This document shows, in pieces, positions 20,647 through 31,338 of a DNA stretch of 64,000 nucleotides. Made by a program: the position numbers and the translations under genes. Numbering within the stretch: the first letter of the stretch is position 1; the number at the start of each line of letters is the position of its first letter. The notes beneath the pieces are model-generated. The model did no database searches. It had not been told where the DNA came from and saw only the letters and a program-made list of their open reading frames with translations. Origin of the DNA: Candidatus Latescibacterota bacterium (GTDB lineage Bacteria > Latescibacterota > UBA2968); NCBI GenBank assembly GCA_022821275.1, contig JAJEDY010000067.1:47958-111957 (forward strand), given 5' to 3'.

Positions 20647-21423
20647 ATGCGCCAATACCTGTGGATCGCAATATTTTTAATCGGCTGTGGCAACACCACT
20701 GCGCCGACGCCTACTGAATCCGACCTCACCGCCCAACACGCGCGTCTGGAACCCGTGCAATTTCAAACGCCAGACGGCTTTCTGTTATTTGGCACACTCT
20801 TTTCTTCTCCCAATCACGCAGCACCTCGTCCCGCGGTCATCTTACTCCATCAGTTTAACGAAAACCACGTTCAGTGGGCGGACTTTGTTCCCGAACTCGT
20901 TGCCGAGCGGGGCTATCTGGCACTCGCCTTTGACCTGCGCGGACATGGCAACAGCATTTTTCGCAATGGGCAACCATTCCCACTCCAGAACTTCTCCCTT
21001 GATGACATCAACCAGATGCCGCTCGATGTCGTCGCTGCAATTGCATTTCTCAAAACCCGCGCGGAAGCCGACCCCAATCGCATCGGCGTCATCGGCACAG
21101 ACATCGGCGCCGATATCGCCTTTGTGAGCGCGGGACTGTTCCCAGACATCAAAGCAACCGTATCCGTTTCTCCTAACTTTCTCGGGGACCAAGTTCAGGA
21201 AATTCTCATCGGCACCAATATCTCCGGTTTTGCACCACGCAATATTCTCTACCTCGCAGCTTTTGGCGATGGCTATGCCTATACCACATCTCAAACCATG
21301 TCTGAATTGACTCAGGGTGTTACTGCCGTAATCGGCTATCAAGGAACGGGACGTGGACTCGATTTACTCGCCCAGGGCAACGCGTGGACAACCGTCCTGG
21401 ACTGGCTCGACAAAAATCTTTGA
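20647..21423 (+). CDS. Alpha/beta hydrolase-fold lipoprotein (dienelactone-hydrolase-like) with an atypical G-T-D-I-G nucleophile elbow
   Basis: Lipobox signal LIGC and an HGNS region. The elbow reads GVIGTDIGAD, with Asp where Ser or Cys is expected. Confidence 0.55.
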   Translation: MRQYLWIAIFLIGCGNTTAPTPTESDLTAQHARLEPVQFQTPDGFLLFGTLFSSPNHAAPRPAVILLHQFNENHVQWADFVPELVAERGYLALAFDLRGHGNSIFRNGQPFPLQNFSLDDINQMPLDVVAAIAFLKTRAEADPNRIGVIGTDIGADIAFVSAGLFPDIKATVSVSPNFLGDQVQEILIGTNISGFAPRNILYLAAFGDGYAYTTSQTMSELTQGVTAVIGYQGTGRGLDLLAQGNAWTTVLDWLDKNL

Positions 21424-21467
21424 AACGATGTATGAAAGCGCGTCACTTCTTCACACAGGAGGCAATC

Positions 21468-22967
21468 ATGCGACCTTCAAGATGGCTATCGATCTTACTG
21501 ATTGGCACGGCACTATGCGCCATGGACATGTCAGATATTTACGCACAGCGCGGTGGTGGCGGTGGACGCGGCGGCGGTGGACGCGGCGGTGGCGGTGGTG
21601 GACGCGCAGATTTGAGCCCCCAGCAACGCAGACAATTTGCCGAATACCCCTGGGATGCCCAAAAGCTCCTCGAAACCAACGCGCAGATTCTCAACCAAAT
21701 GCCAGCACCCATACAGATGTACATACTCGATCAGGCTAAAAAATGGGACGATCTGTTTCCCGTTCGCCACCAGCAACTCGAACTCTTTTTTCGCAAAATC
21801 GTCAATACTGACCGCCAGGAATTTAACGCGGTATTCGGCAATATCTTGCGCGAATTTCAGGCACTTCAGGGCGGCAGACAGGGACGCCAGGGGCAAGGAG
21901 TACGCGGCGGTGGACAGGGAGGCCGACGAGGACAAGGAGCACGCGGCGGTGGGCAGGGACGCCAGGGGCAACAAAGAGCACGCGGCGGTGGTGGACGCGG
22001 AGGTCCCAGTCTGAATATCACCGACATTACACCTGCTCAATACGCCATGCTCGAACACGCTTTCGAATCTTTTGTCCTATCAGACCAGGGCTTGCCCAAA
22101 GGCGTGATCATCATTGCGATCACCGGATCGGAACCCGGATCGAATATCCCCGCCTATCTGACTTACAGAGGGGCATTATTTAACAATATCGACTACGGCA
22201 AAAAATCGCGCGATTGGATGACCACCGTTCAAACGGCTTCACCCAATGCAATCAAAGGCAAAAATCTCAAAGTCCCTTCTATATTTGAATATCACAACAA
22301 AGCCATTGAGGACAAAACTCATACGCGCACACTGGCTTTCTATCAGTCCGGGGAAAAAGAAATCCCTCCCATCGTTAGCAAAACCAAGGGCTATGGTACC
22401 AGATACAGCCCCTCTGCCGTCAACGCACCCAGCCTCGAAAAAATCGCAGGCACCATAGAAGAACAACTCGGCACAGCCATAAAACAGGGCAAATCGCAGC
22501 GGTATATCGACCGCATGGTCAAACCCAAGCTGACCCCAGAAGCACTCAAACTCAAAAAAGTTATCAAAGATGAGGCGTTTGGCCGGCTGGTATCCGGCGT
22601 ATTGATGGACAGCGAAGAAAGCCGCAAACTCGGCAGCGCGTTCATCATCGAGGTCACACAAAAAGCCATGGATGCCGCACTCCCCGATATCGTCTTCATC
22701 GAAATGAAAGCCGGCGATGTCTCTACCCAGACCATCTCTCAATTTCACGACACAATCAGCGCCATGGCGCGCTATGGCAGCGGCGTGACATTCGCCCTAT
22801 TCGATCAACCTGCCAGTCAGGCACTCATCATCAGTCCCAAAATCATTGGCGGCCAATCCCTTGACGGTCAAAGCCTCGAAAACATATCCGCCACCCTTGC
22901 CAGAGCGAGCAGCCTCATGCTCGACGGAGCAACGGGAACGCCTGTTGCAGAGGTGAGAATGCGTTAA
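21468..22967 (+). CDS. Secreted protein with two Arg/Gly (RGG) low-complexity repeat tracts and an unrecognised C-terminal domain
   Basis: Signal peptide MRPSRWLSILLIGTALCA. Repeat tracts GGGGGRGGGGRGGGGGGR and GGRQGRQGQGVRGGGQGGRRGQGARGGGQGRQGQQRARGGGGRGG. AGGAGG ribosome-binding site before the ATG at 21468. Confidence 0.6.
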   Translation: MRPSRWLSILLIGTALCAMDMSDIYAQRGGGGGRGGGGRGGGGGGRADLSPQQRRQFAEYPWDAQKLLETNAQILNQMPAPIQMYILDQAKKWDDLFPVRHQQLELFFRKIVNTDRQEFNAVFGNILREFQALQGGRQGRQGQGVRGGGQGGRRGQGARGGGQGRQGQQRARGGGGRGGPSLNITDITPAQYAMLEHAFESFVLSDQGLPKGVIIIAITGSEPGSNIPAYLTYRGALFNNIDYGKKSRDWMTTVQTASPNAIKGKNLKVPSIFEYHNKAIEDKTHTRTLAFYQSGEKEIPPIVSKTKGYGTRYSPSAVNAPSLEKIAGTIEEQLGTAIKQGKSQRYIDRMVKPKLTPEALKLKKVIKDEAFGRLVSGVLMDSEESRKLGSAFIIEVTQKAMDAALPDIVFIEMKAGDVSTQTISQFHDTISAMARYGSGVTFALFDQPASQALIISPKIIGGQSLDGQSLENISATLARASSLMLDGATGTPVAEVRMR

Positions 22968-22991
22968 AAGTATAAGCGATCGTCAATCGCA

Positions 22992-23022
22992 AGGGCGGAC
23001 CTGTGGGTTCGCCCTATTTTTT
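22992..23022. terminator. Rho-independent terminator
   Basis: AGGGCGGACC...GGTTCGCCCT stem with one mismatch, then ATTTTTTG. Confidence 0.55.
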
Positions 23023-23044
23023 GCATAGCCGAACGCGCCTCTCT

Positions 23045-24094
23045 TCACACCGCCACCGCCTGTCTGCGTCTTACCGACTCAACCTCCATGAAGCACAGAC
23101 GCAGCGCATCGGCAGCACTTTCACCAGAAATCTCTCTGGCAACCTCCCCGCTTTCCACAGCATCTACCCCGGCTTGAATCTCGTTGGTGAATGCCACAAC
23201 GGGATCGGCATCGCCCAAATCCGGTTCTCGCACCTCGCCATCATCCGTCAACAAGGTCACGGGCATCGTCACAACCGGCCTGCCGCCCAGAGTCGAAAAT
23301 TCGAAAAGCACCGTAGCGCGCTCCATATAAACTTCAAACCCGTGTGTAAACGCCCTGCCCTGCTGAGAAATAGCACCCGAAGCACACGTCACGCACAAAT
23401 CCGGCTGGCTGTCGTATTGATAACTCGTCGAAATATATTCCACATACCGATCTCGCACCAGCCTGCCCGAAGACACCACCCGATCTGGCCGACCGAGCAA
23501 CACCAGAATATAATGCGTATCGTGAATATGCAAATCGACGCCCGGTCCCCCGCTCTTTTCCATATTGCCGAAGGCAGTCGTCCAATTGGGCTGCGAAATA
23601 ACGCGCTTAAAATGCGCGCCGAGCACATTGCCGTATTCCCCACCATCGACCACCTGCTTGAGATAGGCAAACTCGGGGAAAAAGGGCAAAACCTGTGCCA
23701 CCATCATCAGCCTCCCCGTCTCTTCGGAAACCCGCACCATGCGGTCGGCATCCTCAAGGCTCAGTGCAATGGGCTTTTCGACCAGCACATGCTTGCCCGC
23801 ACGCATCGCATCAATCGCAACCTCACAGTGTTGAGACGTCGGCAAACAGATATCGACCAGATCAATAGAATCGTCCGATAGCAAATCATCAATCTTCTCA
23901 TACGTGCGAATACCCGAAAGATCTTCCATCCCACCCGGCTCTCCAAAATTGCCGCCCAAACCCCGCCAATCTCCCGCCCGCTTTTTGGGACTGCGCGTGC
24001 ATATCGCAGCCACCTTGCCCCCGCGCACCTTCTGAATCCCCCGGTAATGCGTCATACCCATAAATCCCAATCCAATAATACCTATCGAAACCAT
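23045..24094 (-). CDS. Gfo/Idh/MocA family oxidoreductase
   Basis: MVSIGIIGLGFMGMTH Rossmann motif and the VEKPIALS segment. Confidence 0.85.
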   Translation of the reverse strand: MVSIGIIGLGFMGMTHYRGIQKVRGGKVAAICTRSPKKRAGDWRGLGGNFGEPGGMEDLSGIRTYEKIDDLLSDDSIDLVDICLPTSQHCEVAIDAMRAGKHVLVEKPIALSLEDADRMVRVSEETGRLMMVAQVLPFFPEFAYLKQVVDGGEYGNVLGAHFKRVISQPNWTTAFGNMEKSGGPGVDLHIHDTHYILVLLGRPDRVVSSGRLVRDRYVEYISTSYQYDSQPDLCVTCASGAISQQGRAFTHGFEVYMERATVLFEFSTLGGRPVVTMPVTLLTDDGEVREPDLGDADPVVAFTNEIQAGVDAVESGEVAREISGESAADALRLCFMEVESVRRRQAVAV

Positions 24095-24117
24095 AGCAAA
24101 CCTCCAATCAGTAAATG

Positions 24118-25356
24118 TCAGTGTTTAGTGATATCTAATTCTTCTCCCTGGCGGCGGGCTATCAGGGCAGTGCCACATGAATCGCTCCAAACATTGACAG
24201 TGGTGCGACACATGTCCAGGATGCGATCTACAGTCAGGATCAGACCGATCCCCTCCAGAGGCAACCCCACAGAGGTCAGGACAATAGAAAGCATCACCAG
24301 ACCCGTCATAGGAATGCCGGCCGCGCCTATGGAGGCCAACAAAGCGGTAAGAACCACCAGGAATTGTTGGGCAAAGCCCAGATCAACTCCATAGGCCTGA
24401 GCAATAAATAGAGCAGCGACGCATTCGAACAGAGCAGTACCATCCATATTGATGGTAGCACCCAGCGGCGCGACAAAACTGGTGGTGCGGTTGGAAACGC
24501 CAGCGCGTTGTTCCAGCGACTCAATAGTAATGGGCAAAGTCGCCGAAGAAGAAGTAGTAGAAAAAGCAGTGAGAAGAGCCGGAATCATAGCGCGAAAGAG
24601 AGCCAGAGGCGATATGCCACCCAGAAAATAGAGCACCAGCGGCAGAATAATCGCCGCGTGGACGACCAGACCAACAAAGACAGTGAGGACGTACAACCCC
24701 AAATCGGCAAAAACCGACAGACCGGTAGTGCCAACGACTTTGGCGACCAGAGCAAAAATGCCAATTGGCGCCAGACGTATAATAAAATGGGTCAGTCGCA
24801 TCATAACTTCAAAGGCCGACTGAAAAAAACCGCGCAGGCGCTCCTGGTGTGGATCGGACAATCGAATAATGGCAAATCCGAGCAGAAAACAAAAGACGAT
24901 CACGGGCAAGATCTGCCCCTCGGCCATGGCCTTGAATACATTATCCGGCACCATATCCAACAGCAGCCGCTCAAGAGCGGCTTTGGGACCGTCGCCGAAT
25001 TGGGCTATGGAATCAGCCAGTTGTTCAGGAGGCGCTTGCAGACGCAATTGCGCCCCTTTGCCTGGACTTATGGCATTGACCAACACCAATCCGGTAATAA
25101 TGGACAACAAGCTGGAGCTCAGATAATAGGTAAAAGTCTGACCACTCAGGCGGCCAAAATGACCGACCTGGCCTATGCCGACCACCCCGGAAACAATAGA
25201 GGTGACGATCAAGGGGACAATGATCATTTTAAGCCCCTTGAGGAAAAGGGTCCCCAAAAAGGCGAAGTGAAGAACAGATTCACCTAACAGCAGGCCACTT
25301 ATTGCGCCGAGGATCAACGCGATGAGGATTTGCACATGGAGCGAACGCATGGTCAT
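24118..25356 (-). CDS. Dicarboxylate/amino acid:cation symporter (DAACS, GltP-like)
   Basis: 412-aa polytopic membrane protein with DAACS-like helical hairpins. Confidence 0.75.
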   Translation of the reverse strand: MTMRSLHVQILIALILGAISGLLLGESVLHFAFLGTLFLKGLKMIIVPLIVTSIVSGVVGIGQVGHFGRLSGQTFTYYLSSSLLSIITGLVLVNAISPGKGAQLRLQAPPEQLADSIAQFGDGPKAALERLLLDMVPDNVFKAMAEGQILPVIVFCFLLGFAIIRLSDPHQERLRGFFQSAFEVMMRLTHFIIRLAPIGIFALVAKVVGTTGLSVFADLGLYVLTVFVGLVVHAAIILPLVLYFLGGISPLALFRAMIPALLTAFSTTSSSATLPITIESLEQRAGVSNRTTSFVAPLGATINMDGTALFECVAALFIAQAYGVDLGFAQQFLVVLTALLASIGAAGIPMTGLVMLSIVLTSVGLPLEGIGLILTVDRILDMCRTTVNVWSDSCGTALIARRQGEELDITKH

Positions 25357-25564
25357 TCTCTCCTGGGGTTTTGCAGTATTCTCTGATCTGATGGGACAAA
25401 TAAAATAACCCTACATTCCACCTTTACACCATTGTTTTTTGACCCTCTTTGTTATATTTTATATTAGCTGCCCGTCCTATAACAAGTGGGAACATAGGCA
25501 CCGCCTTTACGTATAAATGAAAGATCGGCTACTTCCCACTTCTCATTCCTCAAGAGGTAATCTC

Positions 25565-26101
25565 ATGAAAAAAATTCTCTCACTATGTCTCTGCCTCCTC
25601 ATCGCATCATCTGTCCATGCGACCGAAGCCCCTGATTTCAACCTGCCGGGCCTCAGTGGCGAGCGGGTACAACTATCAGCACTCCTCGAAAAAGGTCCTG
25701 TATTACTCGACTTCTGGGCCACATGGTGCAAACCCTGCATCAAAGCAATGCCCAAACTCGAAGAAATCCACGCAAAATACGCCGATAGAGGACTCACCGT
25801 TCTCGGCGTGAATGAAGATGGCCCCCGTGGTCAAAACCGCATTCGCCCATTTCTGCGAGGACGCAAAATCACATTCCCAATCGCCATTGACGCCGATGGA
25901 TCGGTTATGCAACGCATGCAAGTTCGCGCCCTGCCCACCACAATTCTCATTGCGCCAGACAGGGAAATTGTATTGCGAGAGGCGGGTTTATCCGATGGGA
26001 AGGCCATCATCGACGCCTTAGAAGCCCTGTTACCCGAAAAGGAAAAATTAAAGAAAAAGGAAGCATCGAAAAAAGAGGAAACCCCAGATGAAAGCAAGTA
26101 G
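25565..26101 (+). CDS. TlpA/ResA-like thiol:disulfide oxidoreductase (thioredoxin fold, secreted)
   Basis: Signal peptide and the FWATWCKPC active site (WCxxC). Confidence 0.8.
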   Translation: MKKILSLCLCLLIASSVHATEAPDFNLPGLSGERVQLSALLEKGPVLLDFWATWCKPCIKAMPKLEEIHAKYADRGLTVLGVNEDGPRGQNRIRPFLRGRKITFPIAIDADGSVMQRMQVRALPTTILIAPDREIVLREAGLSDGKAIIDALEALLPEKEKLKKKEASKKEETPDESK

Positions 26102-27623
26102 CCTGCTCCTCATCCTGCTCTTCACGGCTCCCATTTCTGCACAAATCACCATCACTGGATTGACGGAAATGCAACGCGGTGAAATACCGGGATCTGACTC
26201 CACAGCCATCTCTACCGCCTACAACCAGCTGAACTTTGACTTTACGCAAAAGGGCTTGCAGGTCGGTTTAAGAGCAGAAGTTTATAACACCTGGGGCGCG
26301 GACCGCGAAACGTATCAAATCACGCAAAAATACGCACGGTGGAACCGTGGTGCTGCAAATGTGGAAATCGGCAATTACTACGCAATTCTCGGGCGGGGCC
26401 TCACACTCCGCGCATTTGAACTGCCCGGCGTCGTACTCGAAAGCCCCATTTATCGCCTGCGCTATGCCCCGGCTCAGGACCTCGAAGGCGCGATAGCCTC
26501 CTGGACTGGCAATCGCGTAGAAGCCAGAGCGCTCATCGGTCGATCAGCACTCAGCGATATTCCCCCAGGTGCCAAAACCGGCACCCCGCCGCGCAGTATT
26601 TCTCGTCGCGGAGATTGGGTCACAGGCGGCGAACTCGCCATCAGACTCTCTTCCAACCTCAAAATTGGCAGCACGGGTGTCCACATCACCCCCAAAGATT
26701 CTCTCATCGACAAAAATTGGGCCTGGTCTGGTTTTGCCGATCTCGACCTCTCTAATATCCTGCAAAAGGCCGGCCTATACGGCAGCTTCTACGGCGAATA
26801 CGCGCAACGCGAAGGCGAATATTCACGGCGCGAAGACAACGAAAAAGGAACTGCCCTCTACTTATCGGGCAATGTGGGCTGGAACAATCTGGGATTGAGT
26901 CTCGAATACAAAGATTACGACAACATGCACCTCCACTTCAATGATCCCCCATCGCTCATCCGCGAACACACCGCTTCTTTGCTCAACCGAAACACACATG
27001 TACTGCTACTCGCCAGCGAAAAAGGCTATCAGATCGAAGGCACTTATACGCCACTGAGCCTGGGCAATTTCACGGTCAATATCAGTCACGCCCGCAACGA
27101 TTTGGCTCCGACTGTACAGACCTTTTTCAAAGAAAGATATTTCTCTTTTGATCTATACAAATTTGACAACCTGACCGCCTCTTTCTTTTTTAGCTGGGGC
27201 AAAGACGACATCGAAAGCATCGACAGCCACCGCACGGGCGGCGCGATTTTTGAAACCACAACCGACCGAGGTCATACCCTCGGCCTCGATCTCCAATATC
27301 AACGCGCCGTCCATTTTGAAGACGAACCGCACTTCTCCAATGCTTATGGTGCGCTCTCCGCACAACACACACGCGGTTTTGGCGCAACTCTTGTCGTCGA
27401 TCACACAACCGACCCTTTTGAAGTTGACCGTCCAGAAACTTTCGACATCGAAACGGGCAGCCGCACCTTCGTGTCCCTAAACCTCAATGCGCGTTTTGGC
27501 GCACATTACGACGCCGTCCTCTTTGTGGGCGAACGGCGCGGGGGCACCGCCTGTACATCGGGAACCTGTTATTTGGTACTGCCTTTCAAAGGCGTGGAAA
27601 TGCGCCTCAATACCTATTTTTAA
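26088..27623 (+). CDS. Outer-membrane beta-barrel protein (porin-like), function unknown
   Basis: Signal peptide MKASSLLLILLFTAPISAQ. Alternating amphipathic strands and a C-terminal ...RLNTYF aromatic terminus. It overlaps the tlpA-like gene by 14 nt. Confidence 0.6.
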   Translation: MKASSLLLILLFTAPISAQITITGLTEMQRGEIPGSDSTAISTAYNQLNFDFTQKGLQVGLRAEVYNTWGADRETYQITQKYARWNRGAANVEIGNYYAILGRGLTLRAFELPGVVLESPIYRLRYAPAQDLEGAIASWTGNRVEARALIGRSALSDIPPGAKTGTPPRSISRRGDWVTGGELAIRLSSNLKIGSTGVHITPKDSLIDKNWAWSGFADLDLSNILQKAGLYGSFYGEYAQREGEYSRREDNEKGTALYLSGNVGWNNLGLSLEYKDYDNMHLHFNDPPSLIREHTASLLNRNTHVLLLASEKGYQIEGTYTPLSLGNFTVNISHARNDLAPTVQTFFKERYFSFDLYKFDNLTASFFFSWGKDDIESIDSHRTGGAIFETTTDRGHTLGLDLQYQRAVHFEDEPHFSNAYGALSAQHTRGFGATLVVDHTTDPFEVDRPETFDIETGSRTFVSLNLNARFGAHYDAVLFVGERRGGTACTSGTCYLVLPFKGVEMRLNTYF

Positions 27624-27636
27624 TCACAAGCGTATA

Positions 27637-27668
27637 AATCGGCTGTAAATCCACAGCCGATTTTTTTA
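27637..27668 (+). terminator. Rho-independent terminator
   Basis: AATCGGCTGT-AAATCC-ACAGCCGATT followed by TTTTTTT. Confidence 0.8.
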
Positions 27669-27729
27669 TATTTACCATAAGTGATACGAGAAACTTCAGA
27701 CACTATTCGCGCGTCCAAACACTTGCAAC

Positions 27730-29160
27730 ATGGAACTCGGTATGTCCCTGGATCTTCTACATCGCGTCGAAGCCTATATCCAACGAGAACGCCTCCTCAC
27801 ATTAGGTGATGGAGTGGTCGTAGCCCTGTCTGGTGGTCCCGACTCCGTCACCTTATTCGACCTGCTCCACCGCCTCAAATCAAAATGGCACCTCACACTT
27901 TATATCGCGCATCTCAACCATCAACTTCGTCCCAATGCCGAAAGCGATGCCGCGTTTGTCAAACAGATCGCCCGAAACTATCCCATCTATATCGGAAAGG
28001 AAGATGTTCTGCAGCGGGCAAAAAATAAAAAGCAATCTCTCGAAGAAGCAGCGCGCAATGCACGACGGACATTTCTCGACACCGTAAAACAGAAAACCGG
28101 CGCAAATCGGATCGCGCTTGGCCATACAAAAAGCGATCAGGCAGAAACCGTTCTGTTCCGCCTTGTTCGAGGTGCGGGACTCAGCGGATTGGGGGGTATG
28201 CGTCCAATTTCAGAAGCGTACTGGATTCGTCCTCTGCTCTCAATTTCCAGATCGGAAATTGAATCTTATGTACGCAGTCGCAATTTGCAGGTGCTACGCG
28301 ATGAAACAAATAGCGATCCAAAATTTCTGCGCAATCGCATTCGCACAGACCTGATCCCCCACCTGCAAAAGGCATATAATCCCCAAATCGAAGATCTCCT
28401 TTCACGTTCGGCAATCCTGCTGCAAAATGACGATGCACACCTCGAAAACATTGCAGAACAGGCACTTTCAGAAACCCTTCTGTACCGCGATAATAGAAAA
28501 TTTATCCTTGATGTTAAGCGATTTTTCGGTTATCATATATCACTTCGGCGTCGCCTGATTCGAAAGGTGATCTTTGCCCTCCAGGCCTGTGCCGAAGCCG
28601 CGCGTTTCCAGGTTGTCGAACGCATTCTCGAGATTTCTTCCACCCCTGGAAACAGCGTTCAAATAACACCAGAAATCTCAGCTTATCGCACGCATGACAC
28701 ACTCATTATAACGCAACCCGCTCGAGCCTACTGCTTCCTGGTTGAACCCGATGTGCCGCTCGATATCAACGGCAAATTCTCAATAAACATATTAATCAAC
28801 CATGAACACCTGCGAACGGTATATAACTACCACAGCAATTCAAAGACAGCGAAACACACCGTCTTTTTTGACCTGGACCAACTTCCCAACCGGGCGTTGT
28901 ATCTCCGTTCGCCCAGGCCGGGCGACTGGTTTCACCCTTTTGGCATGCAGGGGAAAAAAAAAGTCAGCAGATTGTTCGGTGACAGCAAAATACCCCGCCC
29001 ACTGCGCGGTGAAATACCACTGCTGGTGAGCGGTGCGACCATTCTGTGGGTCGTTGGACTTCGGCGTTCACAGATCGCACCGATCACACCAGATACCCGG
29101 CGCGTGCTCAAAGCAACCTATAGTAGTATGATCACACAATGCGAAAAGAGGCATTTATGA
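27730..29160 (+). CDS. tilS: tRNA(Ile)-lysidine synthetase
   Basis: SGGPDS PP-loop ([12 protein letters not shown]) and the TilS substrate-binding and C-terminal domains. Confidence 0.85.
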   Translation: MELGMSLDLLHRVEAYIQRERLLTLGDGVVVALSGGPDSVTLFDLLHRLKSKWHLTLYIAHLNHQLRPNAESDAAFVKQIARNYPIYIGKEDVLQRAKNKKQSLEEAARNARRTFLDTVKQKTGANRIALGHTKSDQAETVLFRLVRGAGLSGLGGMRPISEAYWIRPLLSISRSEIESYVRSRNLQVLRDETNSDPKFLRNRIRTDLIPHLQKAYNPQIEDLLSRSAILLQNDDAHLENIAEQALSETLLYRDNRKFILDVKRFFGYHISLRRRLIRKVIFALQACAEAARFQVVERILEISSTPGNSVQITPEISAYRTHDTLIITQPARAYCFLVEPDVPLDINGKFSINILINHEHLRTVYNYHSNSKTAKHTVFFDLDQLPNRALYLRSPRPGDWFHPFGMQGKKKVSRLFGDSKIPRPLRGEIPLLVSGATILWVVGLRRSQIAPITPDTRRVLKATYSSMITQCEKRHL

Positions 29161-31289
29161 CCGACCCCAAAGACAGGGACTCGAAACCGGATGAAGAAAC
29201 ACAGTCATCCGACGAGACGCCCGATCGCGCTCCCACACAGCCTGAAGAAGACGCGCCTGCAGAACAAAAAGAACGGCGTCCCAACCTGTCAGTGCTCAAT
29301 CGGGATAATGCCGATCGCAATGGGGCTCCGGAGAATGGCAAGCGGCCCTGGCGGCACATCTCAAAACCCCTGGCTTTCTGGATATTTTTTGTCCTGGTTG
29401 CCATTTTTGCTTCCAAATTTTTTGGCAGCGATCCCTCCAGCGATGTCGTGCTTAGCTACAAAGAGTACAAAATGCTTCTCGAAGAGGGAAAAATCCAGAG
29501 CGCGATTATTATTGAAAACGAATTTCACGGCCGTCTCGTCGCAGAAGAGCTTACGCCACCGGGACGAAGGCAACAACACACCTTTCGCGAATTTGTCGTT
29601 GACCTGGGCGTCGTAGATGCCGAGACCAGGGAAGAATGGCTCAAATACGGCGTTGACTTTCGCTTTCAAAAGCCCTCCAACTGGCTCAACATATTCTTTA
29701 ATTTTTTGCCGTGGATACTATTCATAGGGCTTTGGCTTTTCATTTTGCGCCAGATGCAAGGTGGCCCCAAAGGCGCGTTCAGCTTTGGCAAAAGCAAGGC
29801 AAAACTCGTCTCTGAAGACAAAACCAAAATCACATTCAAAGACGTTGCAGGTGCCGAAGAAGCCAAACAAGAACTTCAGGAAATCATCGAATTTCTGAAA
29901 GATCCGCGCAAATTTCAACGTCTGGGTGGGCGCATCCCCAAAGGCGTACTCCTCGTGGGTCCCCCCGGCACGGGCAAAACGCACATGGCGCGCGCTGTCG
30001 CAGGCGAAGCGGACGTCCCATTCTTTTTGATGAGCGGCTCAGATTTTGTAGAAATGTTTGTCGGCGTGGGTGCCTCGCGCGTGCGCGATCTCTTTGAACA
30101 GGGGAAAAATCACGCCCCCTGCATCATCTTTATCGACGAAATAGATGCCGTGGGACGGCACCGCGGCGCAGGTATTGGAGGCGGTCACGACGAACGCGAG
30201 CAAACCCTCAATCAACTCCTGGTTGAAATGGATGGGTTTGAATCCAAAGAGGGCCTCATCCTCATCGCTGCGACCAACCGCCCCGACGTGCTCGACCCCG
30301 CGCTGTTGCGCCCCGGGCGCTTCGACCGCCAGGTCGTGGTGGATCGTCCCGACGTCAGAGGGCGCGAAGGCATTTTGAAAGTCCACACCCGCAACACACC
30401 CCTCTCCGACGACGTCAACTTACAGGTGCTGGCGCGCGGGACTCCCGGATTGGCGGGCGCAGATCTCGCCAACCTGGTCAATGAAGCCGCACTTCTGGCT
30501 TCCAGAAATAATCGAGACCGCGTAACCATGAACGACTTTGAAGATGCCAAAGACAAAGTCATGATGGGTGCAGAGCGACGCAGCCTTGTCATTTCCGACA
30601 AAGAAAAACGCCTCACGTCCTACCACGAAATTGGTCACGCACTGGTTGCCAAACTCATTCCGGAAAGCGATCCTCTCCACAAAGTGACCATCATTCCTCG
30701 TGGGCGAGCCCTCGGTGTCACACACACCCTGCCCATCGATGAACGCCACACCTATCCCCAGAGTTATTGTGAAGCGGTTCTCGCTTACGCATTGGGGGGA
30801 AGAATTGCCGAAAAACTCGTTTTTGGCGAAATCACAACAGGCGGGCAGCAAGACTACCGCATGGCCACCAATCTCGCCCGGCAGATGGTTTGCGATTGGG
30901 GCATGAGTCAAAAACTCGGACCCATTGCTTACGGGCAACAAAACGACGAAATATTCCTTGGGCGCGAAATGGCACAACGTCGAGAACACAGCGATAGAGT
31001 GGCCGAAATGATTGATGAAGAAATCAAAAACTTCGTACTCAAAGCGGAGTCCCGCGCCGAACAATTGCTCAGTGATAACATCGACAACGTCCACATTCTT
31101 GCCGAGGCATTGCTCGAATTTGAAACGCTCGACGATGTACAGCTCGACCAATTATTAGAAGGCAAAAAACTCGAAAAGCCCGTCGAGCCTGCAAAACAGC
31201 CAGAAAAATCAGAATCAGAAGAAGAACAGGAAGGCCAAACACCGGAGAAACACACCCCTGAAGAAGAAAAACAGCCATCCGACGACTAA
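29157..31289 (+). CDS. ftsH: ATP-dependent zinc metalloprotease FtsH
   Basis: Walker [13 protein letters not shown], second region of homology, and the HEIGHALV zinc motif. ATGA overlap with the tilS stop. Conserved tilS-ftsH synteny. Confidence 0.9.
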   Translation: MTDPKDRDSKPDEETQSSDETPDRAPTQPEEDAPAEQKERRPNLSVLNRDNADRNGAPENGKRPWRHISKPLAFWIFFVLVAIFASKFFGSDPSSDVVLSYKEYKMLLEEGKIQSAIIIENEFHGRLVAEELTPPGRRQQHTFREFVVDLGVVDAETREEWLKYGVDFRFQKPSNWLNIFFNFLPWILFIGLWLFILRQMQGGPKGAFSFGKSKAKLVSEDKTKITFKDVAGAEEAKQELQEIIEFLKDPRKFQRLGGRIPKGVLLVGPPGTGKTHMARAVAGEADVPFFLMSGSDFVEMFVGVGASRVRDLFEQGKNHAPCIIFIDEIDAVGRHRGAGIGGGHDEREQTLNQLLVEMDGFESKEGLILIAATNRPDVLDPALLRPGRFDRQVVVDRPDVRGREGILKVHTRNTPLSDDVNLQVLARGTPGLAGADLANLVNEAALLASRNNRDRVTMNDFEDAKDKVMMGAERRSLVISDKEKRLTSYHEIGHALVAKLIPESDPLHKVTIIPRGRALGVTHTLPIDERHTYPQSYCEAVLAYALGGRIAEKLVFGEITTGGQQDYRMATNLARQMVCDWGMSQKLGPIAYGQQNDEIFLGREMAQRREHSDRVAEMIDEEIKNFVLKAESRAEQLLSDNIDNVHILAEALLEFETLDDVQLDQLLEGKKLEKPVEPAKQPEKSESEEEQEGQTPEKHTPEEEKQPSDD

Positions 31290-31297
31290 TCCCTGAA

Positions 31298-31327
31298 AAA
31301 AGATGGCAATCGCCATCTTTTTTTTGT
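31298..31327 (+). terminator. Rho-independent terminator/attenuator between ftsH and folP
   Basis: AAAGATGGC-AATC-GCCATCTTT followed by a T-run, only ~12 nt before the folP ATG. Confidence 0.65.
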
Positions 31328-31338
31328 ACACCTTACCC

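Noticed and set aside
21539-21724. 61-aa minus-strand poly-Pro/Arg ORF
   Set aside because: It is the mirror-image reading of the GGC/CGC-rich RGG repeat DNA of the secreted protein gene.
24508-25287. 259-aa plus-strand ORF
   Set aside because: It is antisense to the DAACS transporter gene, with a Q/R/N-rich composition and no domain features.
30420-31151. 243-aa minus-strand ORF inside ftsH
   Set aside because: It is antisense to a highly conserved, clearly coding ftsH.
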